A stretch of DNA of 64,000 nt from Paragordius varius. Taxonomy: Eukaryota > Animalia > Nematomorpha. This document shows positions 26,255 through 40,957 of the stretch, in pieces. Each line of letters opens with the position of its first letter. Position 1 is the first letter of the stretch. The position numbers and the translations under genes are program-made. The DNA lies in NCBI GenBank assembly GCA_964247055.1, contig OZ176058.1, positions 1,612,001 to 1,676,000 of the forward strand. The letters are read 5' to 3'. Below the pieces are notes generated by a model. That model worked only from the letters and a program-made list of their open reading frames with translations. It was not told where the DNA came from and did not search any database.

Positions 26255-29200
26255 ATTTAAATGATCCAAGTTAGGGGTGTCGAACACTCGGCCCTCTAGG
26301 CAATTTGTGCGATAGAGAGATGAATATAAAATTCGCCATTGACAAAATCTTGATGAAATTGATATTTTTGCGACAAATTCTAATTCAAATATAGGATTAA
26401 TGTACGGAGAAATTGTGTCCTTATATTCATATATTTTTTGGTCATATTTATATATTTCACAAAAAAACAAACATATATTTAGTCTTATTTTTGGCAAAAA
26501 ACGGCTTCATTCGAAATCTATCGCAATTATATTTATTGGATCGAGTTTTTATTAAAAAAAATTGCCCATGGTTCTCATCGGTTTTAATATTATAATAATG
26601 AATTCGAAAACAAGTTATATATACCATAAAAGTAAAAATATAAGAAATTTTTAAATAAATATAAAATTATGTAAAAAACATATAAATAGGCTTTTTCGGA
26701 AATTGATAGTTGATTTCTTCCGTCTTGAATTTATTTGGAAAATTTTATTAATTTAAAAACTATGAAAAAATATAAAAATATTCTTTGGTAAATTTTTTCA
26801 CCTTAATACTTAAATTAAAGCAGTTAAAAATTTAATTTTGTACATTTTCATTTTTAAATAAAAACTATGGCTGGCATAAGTCAAGTCAGTATTTAAGTCT
26901 TAATTGTAAATCAAGTTAAGTTTCAATATTAAAAAAATTTTAGAAATATCTATTTTTAATAGTAAATATGATGCAAAGTATATTATTAAAAAATGTTTAA
27001 TAGTAGGCATTTTCGAATGACAATCCTCATATTTTAATGCGACATATAATTGATTGTAAAAGAAAATAAGCATTATTTTGAAAATTATATAAATTTGCTA
27101 TAATGTTTATTTTGGAAACCTAATAACGAAGAATATATAAAAAGTAATATTTGTTGTATTTAAGAAAACAATATTTTTTTAAGTAATCAAACTATTTGTA
27201 TTCAAGCAGTCCAAAACAAATGACCAAAAAATATTAATCATGGGACTTAATCAATAAATAGATGGCGGAAAAATTAATAAAAATTAAAATATCTGTAATT
27301 ATATATATAATGCTAAAATTTGGAGATAATTTGCATATAAATATAGTTTCTTAAGAATGATCATTGTTTTATAATTTTGTATAATAAATGAAAGTAGATA
27401 TGAAATAGCCATGGAGCACAAAAACACCTCATCTGCATATAGTTCTGTATGTAATTTTTGGCTTTAACAAATTATGTTTTTTAAAATACAATTAAAATTC
27501 CTACTTAACACTTCATTCACTTTTTTGTGTTTGTTTACCTTTTGCGCTGCCACAACTAATTTTAAAATTTTATATCTCATAAAATGTAATTCAAGACTAT
27601 TGTTAGGAAATGTTTGTATTAATCAATTTTGGATTATAATGAATTTTCAATCTCTATATTATATTTAGATTCTTTGGATTTTTACTTAGTAATATTATTG
27701 CCAATATTTTATTTTATAATATATAATTTTGAATGATTATGTTTACGGTGTACTTTAAACTTATAATTTAAATATTTTAATTAACCCCATCCGAGATGAT
27801 AAAGATAGCGCCAAAATCAAAATATATTGTATCGTGTCCAACACAAATATTTTCGCGGCTGCTTAGATAATTTTTGGTTTTTTATTTAGTTAATAATTAA
27901 TTCATACGATATATCTTTTAAACAGTCGTAAATTTTATGTTATAGATTTTTTTGTAAACATTTTTTACAGCTTTTTGCGTATGAAAAAATGTGTTAACCT
28001 CCCTCTTTGAAACCATATACTTAAAATAATTTAGATATAATATAACGGATTCATTAAGATGATCCAAGGCAGCGGCCCACACCGGGCATCAAGATATTTT
28101 GTGCGGCCTACTTGAATTCCGAAATTTAGAGAGAAATAAATACAAAATTTTCCTTATTTAAAAATTGATGATATTAATTTTTTAAACATATTTACCAAAT
28201 AATGTTTTGCAAATTTTGGCGAATTAGGAAAAATAATTAGAATGTATTGTCAAAAGGTGTCCCTATTTTCATAAATTTTTCGCTTATATCTAATTTCTCA
28301 AAAAACCAAATATAAACTTAATTTTTTGTGCGCTTTCTTTGAAGTGAATTCTTTAATATTTAATGATTTTAGTATTGTTGTGAAAAAAAATATGCCCCCA
28401 AATCTCATCGGTTATTTAATAATTCAATTTAAAAAAACTTAAGTTAAAATAAAAAATTAATAAAATATAAAATAAAGCAAAAAAACATTAAATAGCCTTT
28501 TTCGCAAAAGAAATGGATTTATGTTCTGAATAAATTTTTGAATAATTTTTTATTAATTTAAAAAAATTACAATAATATTTTTAATGTTTTTTGGCATTAT
28601 TACCTAAATAAAAGCAGTTTTTACATAGAAAACTTCAGATTATATATATTATATGATTCAAAATATACTATTAGTAATTAAAATTATAATTTTATGCAAT
28701 TTTTTTAAGGTACAAGAATCGGGCATTTTCCTTCACTCCGGCTCATGGTTATGTAAAAGCAAATAAGCATCAAACTATTGATGAATTATGCGAAAACATT
28801 AGTGTTAAAAAACCTTCATTTTTAATTTTACAAATATCCAACAACGAGCTAAAAATATATTATATTTTAGGTATAGTGGAATTAGCGTATATAAAATGAT
28901 AAAATTAATGATTCGATTTAATGGTAATTAATCCATTGTATTTGATAATTTCAAAACTAATGACCAAAATTTTATATATCGTAATTTAAGTAATAAAGAG
29001 ATGACGGATAATATAAATAGCATATGTTTATTTTTTATACAAAGAAATATTTTAATGACTTGAAGATAGTTTTAATAAATATAATTCCATAATGATAATT
29101 ATTATGTTATTTTGTATAATTTATATTAAAGTAGAAATATGAAATAACTATGAAAGACTTAAGGTAAATAAAGTTGTCTTATAGTGTTTCTATATTTAAT

Positions 29201-30519
29201 TTTTGCCTTAAATAAATTATTTCATTTAAAAGACAATTAAGATTTCTAGTTAACAATTCATTAGCTTTTCACTTTTTTGTCTTAGTTTACCTTTTAAAGA
29301 AATTTATACTCCAAGCCCTTTTAAAATTTAATATCTTATAAAATGTATTTCGCCCTATAAACCAAATTTAAAATAAATCTCTGTTTTATGTGCACGATAC
29401 AAAAAAATAAAAAAATTCAAATCCTAATATCCTCATCTCAAACTTTTGTCTCGCAACATTTTTTTGGTTTAAATTATTTAGAATCGCTAATACAACAGAC
29501 CAAATGTATTTTATGGTTAAAATATTAATTGACTCAAAATGCTTTTCAAAAATTCGAATTAATCATTGATTTCATTATAATAATCAACTGCCATATTTTA
29601 AAATATGAAAAATAAAGATACAGTAGATATATTATACAGATACGTATATACATAATTTTTTTTAATTTTGATTTTTTATCTATAGCTTATTCATTTTAAT
29701 CAACTTTTTGGAAAAAAACGTATTAGGGAACATACATTTTATAATTACCTTACCTATTTTTTAATATATAAAAATGAAAAATTTCGATCACTCTTAGGTA
29801 AAGATCCACCTTATGAAAAGCACTTTTGAGAAAAAATATGATTATAATTGATTTTCTGGGATACGCCACAAAAACACTTCTTTCATAATGCGATCATAAT
29901 CAATTTAAAGTGTTCCATGCCTAGCATACCCATATAAATTACGTTTTATAAATCATTTGTCAATCGCAAAATAGCCTAATAAAAAACCCTAATATGAGAG
30001 ATGGATATTATCCATCTCAAGAAAGAATTTTTTACCTATTTTATCATTACACTCCTTTATAGATATATATTGAATTTTATAATACTTTGAAAATGAGGAA
30101 AATTTTGAAAAGGTATCGCTTACACGAATTCAGTGATTTTAATCTTCGAATTTAGCCGATGTTAAAAATTTTATAAAAACAGTTGTCCGAATATTTTGAT
30201 GGAAAATATAAATATATATACATAATGCCACTAGATTATTGGAAGAATGCGCAAATACACCTTATGTATAAATGGGCATAATATTTTGAAATATATTCCT
30301 TTTATTATTTATGCTCTTTTTAATGCACATTAGTTGATATAAACACTGATAAGCAACATTTTAAAAAAATCTAATATAAGTAAATAATCGATAGTTTTTC
30401 GTTAATTATCGACAGATATATCCAATAATTATTTTTTTCACTTTTTACTTTTATTAGCAACTATTGCCATTTACACTATCTATCATTGTTTATAAAAATA
30501 GAAATTATTTCTGAGTCAA

Positions 30520-30750
30520 ATGCAACCCTTTTAAGCCGAATCAGTATTTCATCCAAACATAACATTTTTTAACCAAACGCAACATTTTTCATCCAAACGG
30601 AACTAAATAGTTGAGTTTGCCTAAAAAAAGGGCGGATGAAAAAATGTTGCTTTGGTTGAAGAAAATGAACGTTTATTTGTAAAAATGTTGCGCTAGTTGA
30701 AAGAATGTTTCGTTGGTTGAAAAAATGTCGCATTTGCTTGCTTTTGCCTG
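30520..30750. repeat. Degenerate head-to-head relic of the 21-bp GCAACATTTTT array
   Basis: accaaacgcaacatttttcatccaaacg is followed within about 40 bp by the inverted units aaaaatgttgc...ggttgaaa. Confidence 0.7.
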
Positions 30751-32369
30751 AAAAGTTCGGAAAAATGTTTTTAAAAAACTTATATTGTAGTATGTGATAA
30801 AACCTACTTAGCTGATTTATATATGATTCACATTACTAAAAACATATAAACATAATCAATTTGTATATTCTTAATTATTCAGCCGCCACCAATTAAATTA
30901 TTGTATTATTCTAAAATTGACTGTTAAGATATTATTCGACTAAAAACTGAAGTTGTTTTATCATATAAAATAAAAACATAATATAAATACGCGATCACTA
31001 ATCCTAATTTGTTTGTTTAATTATTGGACAAAAGTGTTTATTAATGCGTTTCGAAAGGAAAAAATTAAATAGTAGTTGATATATTGAGTTTAAATCATAT
31101 TCAGAAATAAAACTATGAGTTTTAAAACAGGTTTTTAAAACGATTCAGATTGTAATTTTTAAATCATAAAGGAAAGAATTGCCTTTACAATTATTTAAAA
31201 TGTTATTAATTAATGAAAAATATAATTGAAAGATTATCATAGGGTTACATTATGTAACCAATAAAGTTATACTTCATCTTAAATGTTTAATGATACTTAA
31301 TGAATAGGATAAATTAAAATAAGCATCTATGAAACTTAAAAATATTAATAAAAAGTATATAAGACAGTATGCCTATTTAGCTTCGATACACCTGGGATAA
31401 ATTCGAAAGGAGGAAATATAAATTAAATTTATTAGCATGACAATTTTGAGTTACATAATATATTAAGAAATCAAAGTGACCTATCAACACTTCGATTTTA
31501 CCTTACATGTTTGTTTAATTTGATTCATTGTGTAATAAACATTACTCTATGGCATAATTTATTATTTTTTGAGTATATTATGAATTTTATGAGATACAAA
31601 AACACATAATACTAATTTGAATTTAATAGATTAGGTAGCACATACAAACGTATTACAGCCGACAGGCTAGCTTTATATAGTCAATGTCAAACAAACGTAA
31701 ACTTAAATGACAAATATTTTTACAAAAAACAACCATACTTTTAACTTTGATTTTTCTTACAACCATTAAATATATTTAAATTATATTAAAAGGTATATTA
31801 CCATACAATATCCCTAATTCACACATAAAAACTATGAGTTTGAAAAATAGAAAATATAATCGTATTTTTTTGTTTATTAATATAACATTTTAGCGTATTC
31901 AATATTACTATCTATTTAAAAGGAAAATGAAGTGTTAGTATAAATATGTATAAAATTTGATAAATTGTAATCTAAAAATGATTTAGAGCCAAAAATTTTA
32001 TTTTCATGGGAAATTTTATCCGTATACGCGCCACACAATCGGTGTTCGATAGGTAGTTTTATTCATATATATATACATATATATTATTTTAATAAAACAA
32101 TCTCAACTATTGATAAATTATGGCAATTTATTTCATTGTTTATTAATGTCCTAAACTAAAACAATATTTAAAAAACTGAAAAAATATTAGACGTGAAGAT
32201 TTACCCATCTCTTTATAAAAATCAACCCTATGAGTACTTTAAATAAAACTTAGCACATTTTTATTCATAAAAGTGGTAATAGGGCTTAATTAAATATAAT
32301 AAGGTTGGGTTTTATATTTATTTTTTTGTCATCCGATTTCAATACTAAATTTAAGGTTTAAATTTTCGC

Positions 32370-32790
32370 AATATAATGTCCCACCTCTGATTAAGCCGTG
32401 CTTGCATTTTATGCAAAACCACCGTTTAATAGCCTAACCAAATATCTATGTGAAGATCCGAAAAATTCTTTAAATTCCAACCTGAGCTATGATACAGGGG
32501 GTTAAGGGTAAAAAGAATATGTTCTTAGACACATCTAATACTAGATAAATGGAGAAGATCAATAAATACCAAAATGAATTAGTATGTTTCAGATTTTACC
32601 GAATATTTTAGACTCGAATCTCATCTCTCACCTCTTAATTCAGATCAATATGATTTAATTCAACCTGATCATACCCGATAGAAGAGCCTGGCTCTTACAC
32701 TGCATGTATGGTGTGCCAAAATCAATGCCAATACTCAGCAGTATTTCCTTTACGACCATCAGCTGTATGCATGCGAGAGTTTTAAGGCTT
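32370..32790 (-). pseudogene. Second copy of the degenerate integrase fragment
   Basis: IGYDQVELNHIDL, KSETY*FILVFID, FLPLT, IFG and NGGF motifs; DNA similarity to 22060-22450. Confidence 0.5.
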
Positions 32791-35700
32791 TTACATGGTC
32801 TGGTGTTATTTAGTCTTCTTTTTATTAAAATGATAAAACTCTATACTATCTAACATTTAGAGGAATATACCGAGGTCTGTACGTCTGTATTATATTAGAT
32901 ATGTTGTAAGCATCCGTGAAGCAAAGATTGATATGTCTTAAGTCAACTTCTGATAATAGAATTATCATTTATATATTAAACCTTGAAAATAGCCTTCGAA
33001 TTTTCGATGTTTCCTTTGCCTAATGGTAGAGATGTGTTGATATCAATATAAAATTTTTATCAGCACAGCTTTGATTGACAAGATATTACTTTATATTTAT
33101 GTAGTAAAATTAAACAATATAGCCATACAATATTATAAAGGTTTTTTTTCAATTGACCGCAGTTTATAAAAAAAGGTTTTTAAAAGTCATAAATTTAAAC
33201 AAATTCAATTTATTGTAAAATGTTAATTGTTAACATCCACCGAAATTAGGTTTTATTTTTTACAAAAAAATCACTTAGACGGGTAAAAATTACAAATAAA
33301 ATAGATAAAATGTTATAAAATATGACAAACAAGTGATGAACTCACAATTTGTATTAAAATTTAGGAATATAAATTATAGCCAAAAATTATATATCCTAGG
33401 AAATTTTCAGATGATCTATCCATTGTATTCGGTAAATATGATGGATGGTAAATATTTTTAAATTGTATTAAAATTATGGTAGATATAACCCACCATCTCT
33501 ATATTGATAGTCCCATGATGAATTTTTTGTCATTTTTTTAACATTATGTTAAAAGGGTTATCATCATACGAAAATTATCCTTCTCTTTTTTAGTGCATAA
33601 TACACTTTGGTCCTTGTTACGTTAAAAATATATATTACCTTGGTTGTGAATGCAAATTATTTTATTTATACTTATTATCTTTAACAACGTTTAAACCACA
33701 CAACTTTATCCTTGTGAATGCAATAACCGAATTTCCTAATGTATATAAGGAATCATTGTAACACACAGAACACATTATATTATATTATTCAGTTTTGATG
33801 TTATACTAAATAAATAAATATATCCTTTTTTTATATTACATTATATAATGGTATTTTTCATCAAATCCGTCATTACCGCTAGAAAGATATAAAAAAATAT
33901 GCCAAAAAGATAATATTTTAATTTTTACGGTAAAAAACAGTTTTATTTTGTAGAAAAAGTTTAGTAAGATAAACATTTATATCATATCCTTCTTAAAAAT
34001 TAATTATAAGCTGAAATAATATTGTTAGGAAAATGACTGTATTAAAACGTCAATATAATTTGGGATTATAAATGAATTTTTAATCTTATATATATTTAGT
34101 TTCAAATATTTTGAATTATTTGAATTTTTATTTATTAATATTAGTGCCAATTTAATTTTTTAACGGTATTATATAATTTTGGGTTTACGTTCACGGTGTG
34201 CTTTAAACTTTTAATTTAAATATTTTTATCAACCCAATTGATAGAGATAGAGCCAAAATCAAAAGAGTATGTATCGTGTCCAACACAAATATTTTCGCGG
34301 CTGCTTAGAAAATTTTTGGTTTTTTAATTAGTTTGTGGGCAATTACACATATCTTTTGAAAAATTGTAAATTTTTGATTTTATCCAAATTTTAATTTTTC
34401 TGACATTTTTTAGAGCATTTTTGCGTACCGTTGAAAATCCCTCTTTTGAGCCATATACTTAGAATTTTTATCTATTAATAATATATAATTTAAAGCAATT
34501 CTAACTCAGTAATGTCCAACACGTGGCCCAGATTTTTTGTGCGGCCCACATGAATTTAAAATTTAGACAAAAAAAATACAAAATTTTCGTTATTTAAAGA
34601 TCTTGATGAAATGGATATTTTAAACATATTCACCAAATAATATCTTGCTAATTTTGGCGAATTAGGGAAAATTAATATAATGTATGGTCAAATAATGTCC
34701 CTATATTCATAAATATTTGGTCTATATCTATGTATTTCACAAAATACCAAATATAAATTTAATTGTGCGCTTTCTTTAAAGTGAATTTTTTTATTAAGAA
34801 GTTTTAATGATTTAAATTTTGTTGTGAAAAAATTTGCCCCCGGTCATCGGTTATTTTAATAATTACATTGAAATAATAACCTTAAATTCAAATAGAAAAT
34901 TAATAAAATATAAAATAATACAAAAAAACAATAAATAGGCTTTTTCGCAAAAGAAATGGATTTCTTATGTTCTGAATTAATTTTTTATTTGTAAATTATT
35001 TTATAATTTAAAAAGTAAGAACTACAATAATATTTTAATGTTTTTTGGATTACTTTAATAAAAGCAGTTTTTACATAATTGGGAACTTCAGATATTTATG
35101 TATTATAATACGTTTAAACTAAATATGAATATATTATTAATAATTAAAATTAAAAGCAAAATATTATGCAATTTTTTTCATGAAGGTTTAAGAATCAGGC
35201 ATTTTCGTACTGCGGCTCATGGTTATGTAAAATAAGCATTTTGAAAATAATGTGTATGAAAGGAAACTATTAATGTTTAAAAACATTTATTCTTAATTTT
35301 ACAAATATCCAACAATAAGCTATTATCGGTTAGTACGTAAGGAAAAAATATACTAGTTTTAGGCATTAAAAGACTATATAAAATGATAAACTAAAGAATG
35401 ATTGGTAATGGTAAATGTTATGTATTTGAGGATTTCAAACAAATGGGTAAGATTTTTTTTAAAACAAAACTTAATAAATAGTTGGCGGTTATATAAACAC
35501 ATAATAAAATAGAAGCTAATTACACTGTCAACAAATTTTATCCTTTTCTTTTAGACTAGAGTGAAAATTACGACATCTTATAGAGAATTTTTTTCTGAAA
35601 ATAATGATATATTTAATATTTTCCTAGCTCTTTTTCACGAGCCGCTAAAAGGTTTTAAAAATCCAAAAACCATCAAAAATGCCTGTTTTTGTAACCCTAT

Positions 35701-35882
35701 AATTTTTTGAGTAAATGTTAATTTTTAATATCAAGAATTTTTTTTTAATCCATGTGGCATTTTTTTATCCTTTTAAAAGTTGTTTTACAAGCATATAAAA
35801 AATAACACTTACATATATATTTAAATGTACTTACATGTCCCTTTTCGGTACACATATATGAGAGATATTAACATTGCAATTA

Positions 35883-36701
35883 CAGTAGCGTATGCAGTAA
35901 AAGATTGTTAGTGCGCAATAATCTTAAAAACACAAAACAGGGGTATATTATGGATAATCTATACAAAACCAGGGGACAATCTTGGTATATGTAAAAATGC
36001 GCATTTGGTTTTTGTAAAATTGCGATGATAAATTGTAAAAATATTAGTGAAACATTATTTCCCAGATTTCTTATTCAAAAATATTATTATTTAAATTATT
36101 ACTTGCTTTTCTCGATCTATTTAAAACTAAATAAGCGTGAGGTGAAAATTAAACGATTATTACATAAGTACTTGTTAAATGCATAACTTATATTATTTTT
36201 TATTAACCGACACCTTGTCTTTTACACAGATTCACGGAAAGATTTTAAACACAATGATATATTTAACAATGATGTTTTCTTAAATGTGCAACAATAAAAA
36301 CTATATATTTTAATAATAACTATCTATTTATTAACACTAGGGTGAAATAAGTATATATGAACAATAATTTTAATGCAACATGTTAAATATTATCTAATCT
36401 TCTAGTAACGTTATCTAAATTGGATATATCCTGTAATACATTTCTAGAACTTTGTTCAATATTTCGTATTGTGGCTTTCCTCTGAGTATTCATAAACATT
36501 TAATAAATTTTCAATAAAAAAACATCATAAATATTTCTCACAAAAATTTTATGTATTAGCTTTTCAATACCAAATGTGCCGACCAAATGTCCTTAATTTT
36601 TATATTTTGATTATCATTCAGTCTTATTTATAAACATATCCATAATATCCCCCTGTTTTAGATTATTTTGCACTAACAATCTTTTATTGCATACGCTACT
36701 G
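35883..36701. mobile_element. Tc1/mariner-type MITE, 819 bp, nested in the left TIR of the Tc1-like element
   Basis: TA|CAGTAGCGTATGCA ... TGCATACGCTACTG|TA. The empty site (ttgcaa ta tgttcc) is present in the right TIR at about 38362-38375. Confidence 0.92.
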
Positions 36702-36934
36702 TATGTTCCCCTTTTCGCCACATATCTCATTATAGAAATGATAACATTGCATATGTGTTGTGCCTACTTCATTAAATAATTTTTTAGGTTTGATATAACA
36801 TTTTTTATAAAATTAGGTATTAATCAGTATGTTATCTGTTGAGCATACTTTGATTTTTAATTTTTAAGTTTATATATTTTTTTTATAAAAAATATTAAGT
36901 TTTTATTATTTTGTCAAAAAGAAATTTAGAATTA

Positions 36935-38039
36935 ATGTATAGTTTTTGTGAAGAAGATAGTATAGATGAAAGTTTGCCATCAACATCAGATTCAAACTAT
37001 GGGAACACAACAATAACCCAGACTCGAGATCAAAAAAAGTATTTTTTTTATCCTTATTTTAGGGCAGTATTGGAGCAAAAGAAAGATGGAAAAAGCCATC
37101 TATCTTTTACCATTACACAATGAAAAACCAAGTCGATGGTTTTGTGACTTCTTAGATATGTCAGAATCAAGCATAAATAAATTGCGACAAAAGTTTATGC
37201 GAGGAGAGTCAATGATCATCACTAAACAGGACCGAAAGAAGAAATATGATAATATGAAATTACAGAAAATTATAGCTGACATCATTAAAGACAATAATCA
37301 AATATATTTGGAGGAGATTTTAAAATATATTCCGGAAAACTTCAGCGTTTCCAGATCCACACTTTGCAAATGTTTGAAACACATGAATATTACACACAAA
37401 AGAGGTTATTTTGAACCCATCAACCGTAACACGCCCCTAATAGACAAAAGATTTTAATATGCCCAGGATGTATTACAAAAAGATATGGATCTTTTTTTTA
37501 TGTGGATGAATGTGGATTTAATATAAATACTAAAAGCTGTTATGGGTGGGCCCCTGCGGGAAAATCTGTGGTTATAAAAAAAAGACCCAAATCTCCTAAT
37601 GTATCTTTATTGTGTATGATTGGAATTTTCGGTAATCTATTTATTTTTATTTTAGGGGTGGTAAAGTATGAAGTAAAAATCGGCAGCTATGACGCTGCTG
37701 GTTTTGAAAATTTCCTTCAAGATGCCTGAAAAGTAATCTCGCCCGAAGATTATATAGTGTTGGATAACGCTCCAATACACCATGCGAAATCCATTCGCGA
37801 CAAGAGAAATCTTCTATTTATGCCGCCATACAGCCCCCAATTAAACCCAATTGAAAATTTTTTTGCTAAAATCAAAAAAAGACAGGAAAGATGCCATTTC
37901 AACAATGTGGAAGAATTGATTGAAAACATTAACTCAAATTCTTGAAAATATTCAGCACATTCATCTTTTTAAATATTATGAGCACACCAAAAAAATTGTC
38001 AAAAATATTTGCTTAAATAAATTACCACTTGTACAATAA
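36935..38039 (+). pseudogene. Tc1/IS630-family DDE transposase pseudogene with two 24-nt introns
   Basis: HTH (KPSRWFCDFLDMSESSINKLRQKF), VDECGF, VLDNAPIHH and PPYSPQLNPIE motifs; stops and frameshifts; GT-AG introns at 37039-37062 and 37632-37655. Confidence 0.9.
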
Positions 38040-39199
38040 TTAATTATAAATGGTATTATTTTACCATTTTTCATGACATTTCTCAGTTTTAATTTTAGGT
38101 GATATAGTGTTTTCAAAAAAAGTCAGCAAAATCAAATTAATATTTAAATTTGTATAATACAAGTTTTATTACGCACATAAGCGATTTAAATTTCAAATAT
38201 ATTTTTTTATAGTCTTTTCTGAAATATTTTTTAATTAATAATTAAAAACTTAATTTTTTATAAAAAAAATTATATATAAAACTTAAAAAATTATTTAATG
38301 AAGTAGGCACAACACATATGCAATGTTACCATTTCTATAATGAGATAAGTAGCGAAAAGGGGAACATATTGCAATGTTAATATATCTCTCATATATGTGT
38401 ACCGAATGCCACATGGATTAAAAAAAACTCTTGATATTAAAAATTAACATTTACTGTATATTTTTTTGGGTGGATATTACAAATTATTTTTTAAAATTCA
38501 TGTAACATTTTAAAATTTTTAAAACTCTCTACTACTTTTTGATTTATTTGGAAAAAACGAAACTTAGCTCCAAAAAAATAGCGTTTCAAAACAATGAAAA
38601 ATTAAGAGACATACTGTCATCATTTGATTGACAGCTTTTCATTATACATTACTAAAATAATAAAATTTAATTGCTTTTTATAAAAAATAATATATATATT
38701 TAATGTTTTAATAATAAATTAAATATTAAAATGGTAATATTTTTAAATCTATTAATGTTAATGGATAATAAACTCTGTGTTTGAATTAATATTATATGAT
38801 TTTTAGTAATATTTAAATTATGTGATTATATATTTTTGTTATTAATTTTAAAGTAAATTAATTTATTTTAAACTACTAAGGTTTTAAAAAATTTAATATA
38901 GAAATGATTTCAAAATTAAAAATATTTATTAAAATATTTATAAATAAGACACAATATACGAATATATTTATTATGTAAATTGATACTTGTTACATATTAA
39001 TTGCATATATCAAATTTAAATTGTGTTTAACCATATTAAATGCATAAAAATATTTATTATGAAAATTGATAGATGTTACATATTAATTGCATCAATATAT
39101 CATAATTTATTACATGTTAAATAAAATAAATGCATTAATATATAAATTTGTATCAGATATTATATCATTATATATTATACAAATATGAAAATTATTTTA

Positions 39200-40957
39200 A
39201 AAAGAAACATTTTTTTGTAATTTTTTAGTTTATGATCTATATCAGGAACGCGATAAAGTGTCCAAATATAATCTGCCAACATCGCCGTATCACATTTCCC
39301 GTGATATCTATCTTCCATAGCTAAAATCTCCTGATGGAAGCGCTCCCCCTGTTCATCACTAAATGCCCCCCTAAGTTATCTGGAAAATACTCCAGATGAG
39401 CATGAAGGAAGTGAATTTTAAGAGACATGCGCACTCCAAACTCCTGAAAACATTTCATCATTTCGGCCACACCATCCTTGTAACACGGGGATTCGACATT
39501 TCCTTAAAAAGTGATGTTCAATATATTATTATTATTATTTTTAATGAATTAGATATAACAAAAATTACCTAAGAAATTTCGGCAAACCCATATTACAGAT
39601 TTCCAAGTTCTCAATTTTATATCACCCAAAAGTGACATAAACTTATTATCATTAAATATTTTCCTTATCTGAGGGCCGACAAAAAACCCTCTTTAATCTT
39701 AGAGTCCGATATCTTGGGAAATATCTGACTAAGATATTGAAATCCGCGAGTGTCTAACTTCGCCATTGCTTTGACCAGATTTTTTACTAATCCAAGCTAT
39801 ATATGTAACGGCGGAAGTAATATATTTTTTGTATCTAACAGAGGAATTCGGCCTATGCTAAAATTACCTGGAGCATAATCATTACGCATAGGAAAGATTT
39901 TTTGGTTATAATTTGTTGTATCCCTGCTATCCCAGCAACAGAGAAAACAACAAAATTTAACAAAACCAAAATTAAGACCTGCAAGAATTGCGGTTACGTT
40001 TAAATCCGCACAAATTTGCCACTGAAACTTCGGATATTGTAACAACGTCAAAAATATCGATAAATTTTCGTAGTTTTCCTTTTTGCAATGAGCATATGCA
40101 ACAGGAATACTCGGTAAGTTGTTGTTATTATCCAAAAGGACGGCTTTAAAACTTGTTTTGGATGAATCCAAAAACAAACGCCATTCTTTGGGTTCCATTG
40201 GATATTGCAGGAAATTGAACATTCCCTCTATGTCCTGACAAAAAGTTATACCATCTTCTTCATTAAATTATTTCTTAAGATGGTCACTGCGCCCTCTATA
40301 GGTTGTGCGCACACCAAAAACTAATGCATCATATTCCGCAAGTAGAGAACCTTTAAATATAAAATACTATACCAAGGACATCAGCGTTTCGTTTGGATAA
40401 ATTTAAATCTTTAACCAAATAATCCAATGCATTTTGATTCATTTTTCGTTTTACTATAGTTAGACGGGAAATGGTGGATAAGGTTTCAACGTCGTCAGAA
40501 ATTATATCAGTGTTTTCTTCCTGCCCGCTAAAAATGGGGGGTATAGTGGACGAAGTATTGACGTATAAAATTTGTTTTTTAGCAGATTTGTTGAATGTGG
40601 AAATATTAGAACAGCAAAAATAGCAATCCGTTATATGGTCTTTCGGTTCATGCCAGACCATAGGTTCTTCAATTTTCAAAATTTTTTCAACAGGCCATAC
40701 CAAAAAACTATTGTAGCATGTTTGACATAATGAATGCGGGCTCCATGGCTTGTCTTGGTCCATTAAAGGTAGATTGAATTTCGCCTCGTAGGCAGCTTTT
40801 GCCCTTTCACTTTTTTTTCGTCTTAGTGGTTTCTGAATATGTATTGTCCACAGACGTGGTAAAACGAATTAGGGTCCCTCAAACATTTGCGCCGCTAAAA
40901 ATAAATACATATAATAACTTCACCTGTAACAACGCGACAGAACGCTTTTTTACACAT
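39200..40957 (-). pseudogene. Chapaev3 transposase pseudogene with introns of 24, 22 and 66 nt
   Basis: Motifs RKCLRDPNSF, DQDKPWSPH..CQTC, WHEPKDHITDCYFC, WRLFLDSSK, CCFLCCWDSR, LLPPLHI, GPQIRK, KIHFLHAHLEYFPDNLG and SDEQGERFHQ. Introns at 40918-40895, 40372-40351 and 39568-39503. Two premature stops and about three frameshifts. Confidence 0.93.

Larger units (their letters stand above)
35710..38456 (+). mobile_element. Tc1/IS630-like transposon with TIRs of about 300 bp, nested in the Chapaev3 left TIR
   Basis: AGTAAATGTTAATTTTTAATATCAAG ... CTTGATATTAAAAATTAACATTTACTG|TA; the left junction is slightly deleted. Confidence 0.9.

Noticed and set aside
36935-40957. Alternative (ciliate-type) genetic code suggested by tiny introns and in-frame TAA/TAG
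   Set aside because: The stops fall at positions where homologs have K, L or aromatic residues, include TGA, and co-occur with frameshifts. The TE and gene content is animal-like, so ordinary decay explains them.
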